Position numbers and translations under genes: made by a program. Below, piece by piece: positions 49,824 through 61,868 of a DNA stretch of 64,000 nucleotides (positions are counted from its first letter, which is position 1; the number at the start of each line of letters is the position of its first letter). This stretch comes from Escherichia coli (GTDB taxonomy: Bacteria; Pseudomonadota; Gammaproteobacteria; Enterobacterales; Enterobacteriaceae), in the NCBI RefSeq assembly GCF_003334335.1, contig NZ_QOWQ01000014.1; one strand, written 5' to 3'. Under the pieces are notes generated by a model. The model searched no databases and had not been told where the DNA came from. It saw only the letters and a program-made list of their open reading frames with translations.

Positions 49824-50885
49824 ATGCTCGAAATGTTGATGCAATGGTATCGCCGCCGTTTTAGCGACCCGGAAGCGATTGCCTTGCTGGTTATTTTAGT
49901 TGCCGGATTTGGCATTATCTTTTTCTTTAGTGGCCTGCTTGCTCCGTTGCTGGTGGCTATTGTGCTGGCCTATTTGCTGGAATGGCCAACCGTGCGTCTG
50001 CAATCTATTGGCTGCTCCCGCCGCTGGGCGACGTCGATTGTATTGGTGGTTTTCGTCGGTATATTGCTACTGATGGCGTTCGTGGTACTGCCTATCGCCT
50101 GGCAACAGGGCATCTACTTAATCCGCGATATGCCGGGGATGCTCAATAAGCTTTCTGACTTTGCCGCCACGTTGCCGCGCCGCTATCCGGCGTTAATGGA
50201 CGCGGGCATTATTGATGCAATGGCCGAAAATATGCGCAGTCGGATGCTGACCATGGGCGATTCGGTGGTGAAAATTTCCCTCGCCTCGCTGGTCGGTTTG
50301 CTGACCATAGCCGTCTATCTGGTGCTGGTGCCATTGATGGTCTTCTTCCTGCTGAAAGACAAAGAGCAGATGCTGAACGCCGTTCGCCGGGTGCTGCCGC
50401 GTAACCGTGGGCTGGCAGGACAGGTGTGGAAGGAGATGAATCAACAAATCACCAACTATATCCGCGGCAAAGTGCTGGAGATGATCGTGGTGGGGATCGC
50501 CACCTGGCTGGGGTTCTTGCTCTTCGGGCTGAACTATTCGCTGCTGCTGGCAGTGCTGGTCGGCTTCTCGGTTCTTATTCCGTACATTGGCGCATTTGTG
50601 GTGACCATTCCGGTGGTTGGCGTGGCGCTATTCCAGTTTGGCGCAGGTACTGAATTCTGGAGCTGCTTCGCGGTGTATCTGATTATTCAGGCGCTGGACG
50701 GCAACCTGTTAGTGCCGGTGTTGTTCTCCGAAGCGGTTAACCTGCATCCGCTGGTGATTATTTTATCGGTGGTGATCTTCGGTGGTTTGTGGGGATTCTG
50801 GGGCGTATTCTTCGCCATTCCGTTGGCGACGCTGATCAAAGCCGTGATTCATGCCTGGCCCGATGGGCAAATCGCGCAAGAATAA
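49824..50885 (+). CDS. perM: AI-2E family membrane transporter PerM (YfgO)
   Basis: ORF 353 aa, MLEMLMQWYRRRFSDPEAIALLVILVAGFGIIFFFSGLLAPLL...; polytopic. Confidence 0.9.
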   Translation: MLEMLMQWYRRRFSDPEAIALLVILVAGFGIIFFFSGLLAPLLVAIVLAYLLEWPTVRLQSIGCSRRWATSIVLVVFVGILLLMAFVVLPIAWQQGIYLIRDMPGMLNKLSDFAATLPRRYPALMDAGIIDAMAENMRSRMLTMGDSVVKISLASLVGLLTIAVYLVLVPLMVFFLLKDKEQMLNAVRRVLPRNRGLAGQVWKEMNQQITNYIRGKVLEMIVVGIATWLGFLLFGLNYSLLLAVLVGFSVLIPYIGAFVVTIPVVGVALFQFGAGTEFWSCFAVYLIIQALDGNLLVPVLFSEAVNLHPLVIILSVVIFGGLWGFWGVFFAIPLATLIKAVIHAWPDGQIAQE

Positions 50886-50889
50886 TCTT

Positions 50890-50923
50890 CAGCCCGACGA
50901 ACTGTTTCGCCGGGCTGATTTTT
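50890..50923 (+). terminator. Intrinsic terminator after perM
   Basis: cagcccgacg-aactgtttcg-ccgggctg followed by attttt; lies between convergent perM and focB. Confidence 0.5.
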
Positions 50924-51771
50924 CAGGGTTCCTGACGTAAATAAATAGCCCGATAACACATACTCACCAGCACCGCACCGCCGATAATATTACCCAGCAT
51001 CACCGGGAGCAGATTGGCGGTAATAAAATGGCTGACCGTCAGTGCCGGAAAATTGTCTGCGCTACTGTGCGCCAGCTGCCAGAAGGGGGGAGGGGCGAAA
51101 TGGCGAATGGCAATGGCGAACGGAATCACAAACAAATTGGCGATACAGTGCTCAAAGCCACTGGCGACAAACAGGGTGATGGGCAAAATCATGGCGACGA
51201 TTTTGTCGCATAACGAACGCCCGCAATAACTCATCCACAGCGCCAGGCAAACCATCAGATTGCACATAATGCCGAGGCTGACAGATTCAGTAAATGTATG
51301 ATGCATTTTGCCCTCGGCGCAGTGTAAAACCGCGACTCCCCACATCGCGTTTTCACTCATCACCAGCCCGGAAAACCAGATTAACAAACTGAAACAGGCA
51401 ATACCTGCCAGATTACCGCAGGCCACCAGAAGTGCGTTAATCAGCCAAGTTCGCCAACTAATAACGCCCCGACTTTTTGCCATCACCGTCATTACCGACG
51501 AGGTGAACAGGCTGGTGCCGCAAACCGCCAGCAAAATAAAGCCGAGTGTAAAGCAAAGGCCGCCCACCAGATGGGTTAATGCCTGTGAAGACGGGGCATC
51601 GGCGATAACGGAAAGGTAAAAAGTAAATCCGATCGCCATAAACACGCCAGCGGACATCGCCATTAAAAAGACCGACACTTTACTGCGGGCAATTTTATGG
51701 GCGGCAATCCGTTCAGCGATTGCCGCTTTTCTGGCGCTCAACTGCAAGTCGAAAGAGAGTTTGTTTCTCAT
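50923..51771 (-). CDS. focB: Formate channel FocB (FNT family)
   Basis: ORF 282 aa, MRNKLSFDLQLSARKAAIAERIAAHKIARSKVSVFLMAMSAGVFMAIGF... Confidence 0.92.
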   Translation of the reverse strand: MRNKLSFDLQLSARKAAIAERIAAHKIARSKVSVFLMAMSAGVFMAIGFTFYLSVIADAPSSQALTHLVGGLCFTLGFILLAVCGTSLFTSSVMTVMAKSRGVISWRTWLINALLVACGNLAGIACFSLLIWFSGLVMSENAMWGVAVLHCAEGKMHHTFTESVSLGIMCNLMVCLALWMSYCGRSLCDKIVAMILPITLFVASGFEHCIANLFVIPFAIAIRHFAPPPFWQLAHSSADNFPALTVSHFITANLLPVMLGNIIGGAVLVSMCYRAIYLRQEP

Positions 51772-51792
51772 GCATACTCCTGCAAAAGCAGA

Positions 51793-53808
51793 TTACAACA
51801 CCTCGCGAACCGAGATCCCCAGCCGCTGCATTCGTGACAGCAGCGTGGTGCGCTTCATCCCTAATCGCGTCGCTGCGCCACGGGGCCCGGCAACAATGCC
51901 ATTGGTTTCTCGCAATACCTGAACAATGCGCTGACGTTCTTCTTCGTCATTCTCTGGCGTCGTCGGGTGCAGTAACTGCGCCATTGAACTGCGAAGCGCT
52001 GAATCTTCATTTAGCGTCGGCAGTAAACGGCTTTGTCGGACATTTAGATGTAAATTCAGACTGTTACCACGAGTCAACAGTACCGCCCGCTCAATCACGT
52101 TTTCCAGCTCGCGCACGTTGCCCGGCCAATCCCACGACATCAACTGGCGTAGTGCCTCGGTCGGGATGGCGTCAATTGCGCGATTCATATGGCGCGCCAT
52201 TTTTTGCGTGAAATGTTTTGCTAAAAGAGGGATATCTTCCGGACGGTCGCGTAGCGGCGGCAATTCCAGTGGGAAGACATTCAGGCGATAAAAGAGATCG
52301 CTGCGAAACTGGCGATCTTCAACCATTTGCCACAAATCACGGTTGGTGGCGGCAATGACTCTGACATTCACCGGGATCGTTCTACTCCCGCCGAGACGCT
52401 CAATCTCCCGCTCCTGCAATACGCGCAGCAGTTTAGGCTGAAGTTCTAACGGCAGATCGCCAATTTCATCGAGAAACAACGTGCCGCCATCGGCAATTTC
52501 AAAACGACCACGATGGGTATTAATCGCACCAGTAAACGCCCCTTTGTCATGACCGAATAACTCACTTTCCAGAAGACTGGCGGGGATGGCAGCGCAGTTG
52601 ATTTTGACCAGCGGCTTGTCGCGTCGCGGGCTAAGTTGATGGATCGCTCTGGCGATCACCTCTTTGCCAGTTCCGGTTTCACCACAAATCAACACCGTAC
52701 TGTCGCTCTTCGCCACAATATCTACCTGCTGGAGCAGGTCTTCCATTGCCTGGCTTTGATAGATAATGTCACCGATGCCCAGATTCGAAAGGAGCTGCTC
52801 GCTAAGCTGGTGGTTTTCTTGCTGCAAACTTTCCTGCAAATCGGTCATGCTACGCCAGGCATCGGCATTGCCAACGGCAATAGCGATGCGATCGGCTATG
52901 TGTTGTAGTAGCTGGCAGTTTTCCTCACTAAAGAGAGTGGAAGAGGTATGCGCCAGCAACAATGCACCCGGTGTATGGTTGCCAAAGGTAAGCGGTATAA
53001 GGAGCGCAGATTCGCAGCCGTTAGATGCAAGTAAGAGTAATAACGGGTCGCGTTGCCAGAGAAACAGATCATCTGCACGGTGCGTCAAGGTCGGTTGTCG
53101 GGTTTGTAGCGTTTGTGTCAGCAATACACTTTCGCCAGGCATACAGCGTGGCAGACACGCACAATGTGAGGCAGAAAGATCGCTGCACCACAGGCTGAAC
53201 TTCTCGTTCTTTCGATGATCGCCCAGTACCATACTGACTGAAGCCAGACCGAAAAAATGATGGATCTCACGAGCGACGTCAGCGATCAGATCGTCGAGAT
53301 CAAGATGTGACAGCACTGCATTAGTAATATCAACCAGTACCCGATGATGATCGCGATCTTTCTCCAGCAAACGCAGCGCCACCTGCTGTTCTTCATCATT
53401 GAGCCATGATTGCAGAACCGGGGTGATTATCCGCGCCAGCCAGTTAAACAGTGTGCAATCCTGGGAAGTAAAACGACTGCCGTGGGTGCGAATAAAGCGT
53501 AGCTCCGCCATTCCACTACTGCCGAGAAGGACGGCGTGACGCGAATAATCGACCATCTCGCCCTGATACTCTGTTGTTGCCGTCACATCGCTGCCATCAT
53601 CATGGTAGCGGTAATAGAAGTTGCTTTTGAGAACATGCAGTTCAATAAGTTGTACCGGGCTGAACGGCGGCGGCAGCGGGATGAAGGCGCGTAATAAAGA
53701 CGCCTTGCCGTGTTTCTGTGCTAACCGCTCCGCGAGCATTCCGTTTACCGCTTCAATTGTTATTCCTTGTGGCGGGGCAAACATCGCCTCGTCTGACATA
53801 GCCATCAA
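51793..53808 (-). CDS. hyfR: Sigma-54-dependent transcriptional activator HyfR (FhlA paralogue)
   Basis: ORF 671 aa. AAA+ sigma-54 activator signature GETGTGKE and GAFTGA motif; C-terminal HTH. Confidence 0.93.
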   Translation of the reverse strand: MMAMSDEAMFAPPQGITIEAVNGMLAERLAQKHGKASLLRAFIPLPPPFSPVQLIELHVLKSNFYYRYHDDGSDVTATTEYQGEMVDYSRHAVLLGSSGMAELRFIRTHGSRFTSQDCTLFNWLARIITPVLQSWLNDEEQQVALRLLEKDRDHHRVLVDITNAVLSHLDLDDLIADVAREIHHFFGLASVSMVLGDHRKNEKFSLWCSDLSASHCACLPRCMPGESVLLTQTLQTRQPTLTHRADDLFLWQRDPLLLLLASNGCESALLIPLTFGNHTPGALLLAHTSSTLFSEENCQLLQHIADRIAIAVGNADAWRSMTDLQESLQQENHQLSEQLLSNLGIGDIIYQSQAMEDLLQQVDIVAKSDSTVLICGETGTGKEVIARAIHQLSPRRDKPLVKINCAAIPASLLESELFGHDKGAFTGAINTHRGRFEIADGGTLFLDEIGDLPLELQPKLLRVLQEREIERLGGSRTIPVNVRVIAATNRDLWQMVEDRQFRSDLFYRLNVFPLELPPLRDRPEDIPLLAKHFTQKMARHMNRAIDAIPTEALRQLMSWDWPGNVRELENVIERAVLLTRGNSLNLHLNVRQSRLLPTLNEDSALRSSMAQLLHPTTPENDEEERQRIVQVLRETNGIVAGPRGAATRLGMKRTTLLSRMQRLGISVREVL

Positions 53809-53834
53809 CAGTCCTTATTAATGAGAAATCCTTC

Positions 53835-54248
53835 TCACGCAATTTTTCTGGCCATCAGATAGATGGCCGGTTCCTGCACAATTTCATCCAACAGATGAAT
53901 GAATTGAATGCTACGCGCCTGCCACACAGACGTCGCGTCATCCGCCAGTGGCGCGAATGCCCGGGTCAACAGGGCGGTGTGGCTGGCGTCAATAACAATC
54001 TCACCAAAAGTCATCACCCCCAGCATCTTACGTCGGGCTTGCTCCTCTTCGACCAGTGCAAGCCAATCTTCGTATTCCGTCAGTGGGCAGCGGAAGGCGA
54101 CATTCAGACAATCAATCACGCCAACGTGATGGCCGATAGCTAGCGAGTAATACATTACCTGAGAGCTGTGTTCCGGCATCTCGTCGCTACTGGCGACAAA
54201 CTTTTTTCGCAGCGTCCAGAAAACAATTTCCCCGCACTCTTCAGTCAT
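53835..54248 (-). CDS. hyfJ: HyfJ (HycH-like hydrogenase maturation/assembly factor)
   Basis: ORF 53835..54311. Start trimmed to [17 protein letters not shown]... for 137 aa. Confidence 0.82.
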
Positions 54249-54999
54249 GTAACCCCCGGAGTACGCGAAAGAGTTGCTGAACGATACTATTGAGACGTGG
54301 ATCGTCGGCATCGCGCAACCAGGTGTTAACCCGATTTCCTGTAGGATCGTCGCTTAAATGGCGCAGGAGCCGATCGCAAATTTCTCGCCCCTGACGATAG
54401 CCCGCCAGCCGCCGCGCTTCTCGCTCAATGGCGATACGCTGTGATGGCGGGATCTGCGGCCACAACGGTTGCATAGTCACCCCGGTGGGATCGCGATAAT
54501 CCACAGCGTGAATCTTCTGTTGCAGCAAACCGAGCGCCACGGCGAAACCGTGAATGGTGGCGGCCGGTGTTGGCGGGCAGCCGGGGATCCAAACATCAAT
54601 GGGGACAATGGTGTCGCTACCGCCCCAGACGCTGTAGAGATCGTGGAAAATACCGCCGCCGACACCGCACGCGCCGTAGGAAACACAAATTTTATGATCG
54701 GGGGCAGACTCATACGCCCGAAGTGCAGGCATACGCATCGCCCGGGTGACTGCGCCAGTAAATAACAAAATATCGGCGTGACGCGGTGATGAAACAACCT
54801 TAATGCCAAAACGTTCTGCGTCGAATACTGGTGTAATGGCAGCAAAAATTTCGATTTCACAGGCGTTGCAGCCGCCGCAATCGACGCGATAAACGTAAGC
54901 CGAGCGACGGATATCCTGTAGCAAATGCCGCTTCATCTTTTGCGTTTGCTCGTCCAGCGTGATGGGCTGGCTGACATGTTGTGTAAGCACTGGACTCAT
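54241..54999 (-). CDS. hyfI: Hydrogenase-4 small subunit HyfI (NuoB-like)
   Basis: ORF 252 aa; cysteine motifs CGGCNAC and GCPP. Confidence 0.93.
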
Positions 55000-55541
55000 A
55001 GCTGCTCCTTAGCCACCAGCAGTACATCTGTATCGTCGTTGATCAGCGTCGCGCGTTGTTTGCATTCCGGGCAGACGCTCGCTTGCGCCCACAACATTTC
55101 GCGGTTTTGTGGCGCATTTTGTTGCTGTGCTAACAATTCAGCAGCCAGTGCGATGGTTTTTTGCGGGGCAAACGGGCGTTCGCAACGGCTGCAACGTTGT
55201 AGATGGAACGTCGCGCGGGTATAGAGATCGGCTTTATTGGTGACGGTCAGTTCAAAGTTATTGGTAAGCTGGATGGCTCTGGTCGGGCACACTTCTTCAC
55301 AACGTCCGCAGTAAATACAACGCCCCAGATAGAGCTGCCAGGTGCGCGAATTTTGCTGGTCGTCGGTCTGGATAGTCAGCGCATTTGCCGGACAAGCACA
55401 GGCGCAGGCACCGCAGGCAATACATTGGCTGGGCATCAGGTCCGGTTTTCCGCGAAAGCCAGGGCTGACCTCCAGTGGCGCGAAGGGATATTTCACCGTC
55501 GCGGTTCCGGCGCGCATAATAGTTTTCAGTAATTTCAGCAT
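54996..55541 (-). CDS. hyfH: Hydrogenase-4 ferredoxin-type subunit HyfH (2x[4Fe-4S])
   Basis: ORF 181 aa; [12 protein letters not shown] and [12 protein letters not shown] motifs. Confidence 0.93.
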
Positions 55542-55550
55542 CTTCTGTCC

Positions 55551-57218
55551 TTACTTCAGCGGCGAACGGTTACGATCAATGCCGTAGCGTTCGATCTCTT
55601 TATACGGCACGGTTTTTGACTGGCGCTTGCGCACATCTACCAGCGTCACACGGTCGGTACAGGAGTAGCAGGGATCAAGGCTACCGATAATCAGCGGTGC
55701 GTCAGAAACGGTATTGCCGCGCAGCATGTAACGCAACACCGGCCAGTTGGCGTAGGTGGCGGCACGGCAGCGCCAGCGGAACAATTTTTGGTTATCACCG
55801 AGCATGCTCCAGTGCACGTCTTCACCGCGTGGCGCTTCAACAAAGCCCAGCGCGAATGCGTGAGGTTTATAGCTAAAGCCTTCGGTCAGCAGTGGGGTAT
55901 CCGGCATGTTGTCGAGGGCAAATTCCAGCATTGCCAGCGAATCAAACGTCTCTTTGACACGGACCATCACGCGGGAGAAAACATCGCCGCCGGTAAAGGT
56001 AAACAGTGTTTTTGGAATATTGCCGTAGTCGGCGTAGGGGTGATCAAAGCGCAAATCACGGGCGATTTGTCGGTCGAGAATGCCAATGCCCTGAGTGCGT
56101 TGTTCCATATTCGGCGTAGCAAGCAGCATCTCTACCAGCTCCGACACGTCGGCGCGCATCTCGCGCACCAGTTTCAGCGTTTGCAGACGTTGCTCTTTGA
56201 GAATATCGCGGCGAACACCACCAATCAGATTCAGACCGTAGGTTTTACGCGACCCGATCAGCAATTCCGCCATCGTCATCGACTTTTCCCGCACGCGGAA
56301 AAATTGCATAAAGCCGGTATCAAAACCAACGAAATGGCAGGAGAGGCCAAGGTTAAGCAAATGACTGTGTAGCCGTTCGACTTCCAGCAGAATCGAGCGA
56401 ATAGTATGTGCTCGTTGCGGCACCTCAATCCCCAGTGCATTTTCAACCGAATTGGTATAGGCCACACTGTGGGCAAAACCGCAAATCCCACACACGCGGT
56501 CCGATAAGAAGGTCACTTCGTTGTAGCCCATCCGCGTTTCTGCCAGTTTCTCCATGCCGCGATGGACATAAAACAGGCGGTAATCAGCATCGACAATTTG
56601 CTCGCCATCCACAAACAAGCGGAAGTGACCCGGTTCATCGGAGGTGATATGCAGCGGGCCGACAGGGATCACCCGCGCATCGCTGTTGCCCTCATTGATA
56701 AACGGATACGTTTCGGAATCAGTCGTCGGTTCAGGGCGCAGTCGATAATCCATCGCATCTTTGCGCAGCGGATGCATATCTTCCGGCCAGTCATCGGGCA
56801 ACACCAGGCGACGCTGATCCGGCAGGCCAACCGGAATCAGCCCGTACATATCGCGAATTTCTCGCTCGCCCCAGACCGCGGCAGGGACGCGCGGTGTGAC
56901 TGACGGAAACTCCCGACTGTCGGCATCGACCAGCGCCTTCACCACAATCCAGCATTTTTCGGCCCCTTCCATTGAAAGGGCATAATAAACCGCGTAATGA
57001 CCGTTAAGTGTCCGCTCGTCGTTGCCAAACAGGACCGGAAGCCAGCCATCATGTTGATAATAAAGATACTGTACAACGTCAGGCAGCAGATTGATTTTCA
57101 CCGTAATGGTGACCTGTTCAGGCGTTTGTCGCTCTTCATCCAGCACCGCGCCGGGGAACTGCGTTTTCAGGGCGGCGAGAATCGCTTCGCCACGATTTGA
57201 CGATGAATTAACGTTCAC
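55551..57218 (-). CDS. hyfG: Hydrogenase-4 [NiFe] large subunit HyfG
   Basis: ORF 55551..57263. Start trimmed to the GTG at 57216-57218 for 555 aa. N-terminal RVCGICGF and C-terminal DPCYSC (encoded at 55659..55676) nickel-binding motifs. Confidence 0.92.
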
Positions 57219-58788
57219 TGTGTTTCTCCGAAACAGATGCGGTGCCTGAAGGCAAAAAATCATGCCAGGTGCTACGTTGTGCAGGCAGATCGTGCGTCCC
57301 TGAGAGGACTATAGTGGAAGCGCCCGCCAGGATCCTGATGACAGGTTGTGGAATATGCGTTCCCATCGCCAGCATCATGACCAGCAGAATCACCATTGGC
57401 GAGGTGGTCAACCAGCCGAGATCACCCCGGTTAACGGCCTGCGGCGGTTTCGCCATTAACACCCGCGCAGCCATCCGTACCAGGCCCGCCAGCACCAGCG
57501 TTAACAGCAATAACAGCAGGACGATAATCAGCAGGTGATTACGTGCCAGTCCGGCGGTAATGGTCATAAATTCGCTAAGAAAAATGTTGAAGGGCGGCAT
57601 CCCTGCCAGCGCCAGCGCACCGCCGCCAAACAGCACGGCGGTAAATGGCATGATTTTGAGCATCCCACAGACGACGTTGAGATCGCGCGTGCCGTACTTG
57701 AGCAGTACATTGCCGGAACCGCAGAACAGCAGCGTTTTTGCCAGACTGTGGTTTAAGATGTGCAGCAGCGCGGCAAAAATTCCCAGCGGCCCGCCAATGC
57801 CTAGCTCCACCGCGACCAGCCCCATGTTCTCCACGCTGGAGTACGCCAGCAGACGCTTAATGTCCCGCTGTACCAGAATGAAAAATGCCGCCACGGCAAC
57901 CGACAACATGCCGAAGATGAGCAACAACCGGTTGGGGAAATCGCTGCCGATGGCTTGGCAAATAATGATGTAATAGCGAATCAGCACCAACAGCGCGCAG
58001 TTCAGCAATACGGCGGAGAGCAGGGCGCTGACCGGACTCGGCGCTTCACTGTGAGCATCCGGCAGCCAGGCGTGCATGGGAAATAGCCCGGTTTTGGTAC
58101 CAAAGCCAATTAGCAAAAACACAAAGGCCAACAGCATTAATGTTGGGTCAAGCAAGGACGATTGCTTAAGAACCTCGCTCCAGAATATCGCCATTTCTGC
58201 CTGCGGCATAACGCTGGCGGCGTTGGCGTATACCAGCACGGTACCGAACAGACCAAAAGCGACACCAACAGTACAAATAATGATGTACTTCCATGCAGCT
58301 TCCAGCGATGAACGCTGACCGTAAATGCCTACCAGAAACGCCGAGCTTAAGGTGGTGGCTTCGATCGCCGCCCACATCACAATCAGGTTATTGCTGGTAA
58401 CAACCAGCAGCATGGTGAACAAAAACAGATGGAAGAAACCGTAGTAATCGCACAGCGTAACGGGTGAAAGCTCGCCGTGTGCCACTTCATGACGCATGTA
58501 GCCAATCGAGTAAATACCGGTGAGAAAGCCAATCACACCAAGAATGGCGAGGAACAAACCGCCCAGACCATCAATATGAAGCCACAGTCCCGCAGCGAAT
58601 ATTTCTCCTGCATCAGCGGCAGTTTGGACCACCCAGAGTGCCAGAATCAGCAGCAGTGTGATCCCTAAGCTATGTAATACGGTCACCGTGCGAGTCGCAG
58701 AAAGTCTCCGTTTCCGGCAGGCAAAACAGAGCAGCGAAAAAAGCAGCGGCGTGAGCAGGAGTAAAGCGAACATCACAGAATAACTCAT
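57208..58788 (-). CDS. hyfF: Hydrogenase-4 membrane subunit HyfF (NuoL/M/N antiporter-like)
   Basis: ORF 526 aa, polytopic. Confidence 0.92.
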
Positions 58789-58792
58789 CTCA

Positions 58793-59443
58793 TTATCCCT
58801 TCAGCGCGGTCAAGTTGTTCACGTCCAGCGTGCCGTGGGTACGCCATATTTTTCTTGCCAGTAACACCATCACAATGACGGCGAAGATGGCGTCGGTAGC
58901 GATACCTATTTCCACCAGTTCCGGTGCTCGCCAGGCAAGAAGCGCCAGCACCAGATGGGAGCCGTTTTCCATCAGGCAGTAACCAAAAATTTGCCGCAGG
59001 ATATTGCGCTGGCTGACAATGCACAGCAGGCCAAGCAGAAAATGACCTAACGCTACCGCCAGCGCCGGTTTCAGCCCGGTAGCCATCGGTAGCTTCACGG
59101 GCTGAACGACAAATGCGCAAAGCAGGACAATTAACGCCGCGAGCAGTGCCATCATTGCCGGACCGAATAACGCTTTTTCCGGGATGTTCTGGGGAATATT
59201 TCGTGCAGCGTAAGTCATGATTAACGGTACCAGCAGCACTTTGGTGATAAAGGCGCTGGCGGACCAGATCAGCAGTTGCTCTGCGGCGAACAGGCACGAG
59301 AGAGTGGCGAAAATAGACACCAGCACCAGTGACTGGCAGGCGTAAAATCCGCATGACAGGCGATAGCTTTTGACGCTAATCACAAACAGCGATGTCAGCA
59401 TCATCAGTCCCGCCAGATTATTTACGATCATAGAACCGGTCAT
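58793..59443 (-). CDS. hyfE: Hydrogenase-4 membrane subunit HyfE
   Basis: ORF 216 aa, polytopic. Confidence 0.9.
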
Positions 59444-59454
59444 TCATCATCTCC

Positions 59455-60894
59455 TTACTGCAACCAGGTCGCGGCGATTACGCTGGAAATCAGCGACATC
59501 ACAATCAGTACAATCAACACCAGGCGCATTGATCCTGGCAGCGGTGCGGCATCGGCGACGGCCTCGCTCGGTTTACCAGGCACAACGCGACCAAACCAGC
59601 GAATAAACCAGGCGAAACTGGCGACCGATTCAATCATCAGAAGAATCATGGCGGGCAGCAGGATCCAGTACTCCACTGACAACGCAAAACCGGCAGCAAA
59701 CAGCGGGAATTTACTGAAGAAGCCGTTGAACGGCGGCACGCCGGTAATCGCCAGCGCTGCCACGCAGAAACCCACGCCTGGCAACGGCAGGGTGTGCAAT
59801 ACGCCACGCAGACGCGGCAACAAGCGCGTGCCGCAGCTGTAACTCAGCGCACCTGCTACAAGGAAAAACAGGCTTTTAGCGAACGCGTGGTTGACGATGT
59901 AGGCGATGCTGCCCTCCAGCGCCAGCCGCGAGCCGAAGATGGAGAGCGACAAGCCGAAGAACATCCAGCCAAGTTGAGTGATGGTCGACCAGGCTAGCAA
60001 CCGCTTCATATCCTGCTGTGGCAAATACATCAGAAAGCCATAAAGAATGGTGACCAGTGCCATGACCATGCCAACGCCGCCAATCACATGCGGGATATTG
60101 CCGCCGTCGATAATAGCGCGGGCAAAAATGTAAACGCCCACTTTCACCATCGATGCGGCGTGGAGATAGGCGCTGATCGGTGTTGGCGCTTCCATTGCGT
60201 CCGATAGCCACGCTTGCATCGGTAGCTGGGCCGATTTCCCCCACGCGGCAAACAGGATGCCGCCATAAACCAGATAACGTGCGTCGCCGTGTAACTCGCT
60301 CATCGCGCTAAGCGCAAACGTTCCGGTCTGCAAAAACAGCGTGGCGGCGGCAAGATACAACCCCAACGAGCCGATATGAGTGATAAGTAACGCTTTTAGT
60401 GCTGAACGCTGCGCTTTATCGCTCTGGTAATAACTGATCAACGCCCAGGAGCAGCCGCCTGTAATTTCAAAAAACAACAACTGACCGAGCAGCGTCGAGG
60501 AGAGTACCAGTCCCGCCATCGCGCCGATAAACACCAGTAAAAATGCGTAATAACGATTCGTGCCGTTATGCGGGTGTTCGCGATTTTTATCCGTCAGATA
60601 ACCCGTGGAGTAGATCGTGACCAGCAAACCGAGAAACACCACCACAAACAGAATCAGCGTACTCACGCGATCAATGACCAGGCCAAACAACGCCACATCC
60701 CCCACGTTGACCAACGTCAACGTGACGGCAACTTTATCGGCCTGATAAAACGCGGAGATCAGTGACAACATGCACAGCGTGGTCAGCGCGGCGAACAAAA
60801 CCCCCCATTCGGCGGCCCGACGTTGTGGCGAAAACGAAACGACCAGTGCGCCGATAAAAGGCAGCAATAACGTCGTCAGAGCAAGATTTTCCAT
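59455..60894 (-). CDS. hyfD: Hydrogenase-4 membrane subunit HyfD (antiporter-like)
   Basis: ORF 479 aa, polytopic. Confidence 0.92.
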   Translation of the reverse strand: MENLALTTLLLPFIGALVVSFSPQRRAAEWGVLFAALTTLCMLSLISAFYQADKVAVTLTLVNVGDVALFGLVIDRVSTLILFVVVFLGLLVTIYSTGYLTDKNREHPHNGTNRYYAFLLVFIGAMAGLVLSSTLLGQLLFFEITGGCSWALISYYQSDKAQRSALKALLITHIGSLGLYLAAATLFLQTGTFALSAMSELHGDARYLVYGGILFAAWGKSAQLPMQAWLSDAMEAPTPISAYLHAASMVKVGVYIFARAIIDGGNIPHVIGGVGMVMALVTILYGFLMYLPQQDMKRLLAWSTITQLGWMFFGLSLSIFGSRLALEGSIAYIVNHAFAKSLFFLVAGALSYSCGTRLLPRLRGVLHTLPLPGVGFCVAALAITGVPPFNGFFSKFPLFAAGFALSVEYWILLPAMILLMIESVASFAWFIRWFGRVVPGKPSEAVADAAPLPGSMRLVLIVLIVMSLISSVIAATWLQ

Positions 60895-60910
60895 ATTCCG
60901 TCAGTGCTCC

Positions 60911-61858
60911 TTACAGACCGGTTAACCAGAAGACCCATGCAAGCGCAGCAAGGCTGAAGCCAAGCCAGGTCACATGGTGAATGAGTAAAAAACGCCCGCG
61001 TGCCAGCGTGTTTTCTGCGATTGAGGCCAGTACAAAAATCAGCAAAACCTTGAGCAGCGTAACGACAAGTGAAGTCAGCAGGCAGGCGAGAGAAAGTTCT
61101 TGCGCGCGCCCAAAGGGCAGAAACAGGGCCACAAACAGTGATGCCATCACGACCTGTTTCAGCCCCAGCCCCCATTTCGCTAGCGCCAGCCCGGCACCGG
61201 AATATTCGGTCAGCGGGCCTTCCTGTAATTCCTGTTCTGCTTCAGCAACATCAAAGGGAATTTTTCCCATCTCAATGAAGCAGGCAAAACCACAGGCCAG
61301 TAACGCCAGTACGGTGGTTAGCGGCGAGTTCCAGCCCATCGCCAGCGTATTGCTGATCATCTCGATATGCGTGGAACCTGCTATCAGCGCCAATACCAGC
61401 AGTGAGAGAATAAGCATTGGTTCGACCAGAATGCCGAGCGTCAACTCGCGACTGGCACCGACTCCCGCAAACGGACTTCCGGTATCCAGCCCGGAAAGAG
61501 CAAAGAAAAAACGAAACAGGGCAAGAAGATAGATAAGGGTGATCAGATCGCCGCCGCCCGCAAAAGGGGAAACGGTAATAAACAGTGGTAAGGCCATCGC
61601 CAGCACCAGCATGCTGCTGATTAATACCCACGGCATCAGGCGGAACATCAGACCTGAAGATGTCGGCGCAACTTCCTGGCGTTTAAACAGTTTGTGGATA
61701 TCGCGATAATCCTGCCAGATCCCCGGCCCGCGGCGGGAGTGCATACGCGCGCGTATCTGCCGGGAAATACCCGTAAAAAGTGGGGTTAGCATCAGCAGAA
61801 TCACGGCCTGTGCTAACGCAAAAATGACCAGATATCCGTCGCAAAGAGTTTGTCTCAT
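60911..61858 (-). CDS. hyfC: Hydrogenase-4 membrane subunit HyfC (NuoH-like)
   Basis: ORF 60911..61879. Start trimmed to MRQTLCDGYLVIFALAQ... for 315 aa. Confidence 0.9.
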   Translation of the reverse strand: MRQTLCDGYLVIFALAQAVILLMLTPLFTGISRQIRARMHSRRGPGIWQDYRDIHKLFKRQEVAPTSSGLMFRLMPWVLISSMLVLAMALPLFITVSPFAGGGDLITLIYLLALFRFFFALSGLDTGSPFAGVGASRELTLGILVEPMLILSLLVLALIAGSTHIEMISNTLAMGWNSPLTTVLALLACGFACFIEMGKIPFDVAEAEQELQEGPLTEYSGAGLALAKWGLGLKQVVMASLFVALFLPFGRAQELSLACLLTSLVVTLLKVLLIFVLASIAENTLARGRFLLIHHVTWLGFSLAALAWVFWLTGL

Positions 61859-61868
61859 GGTGATTTCC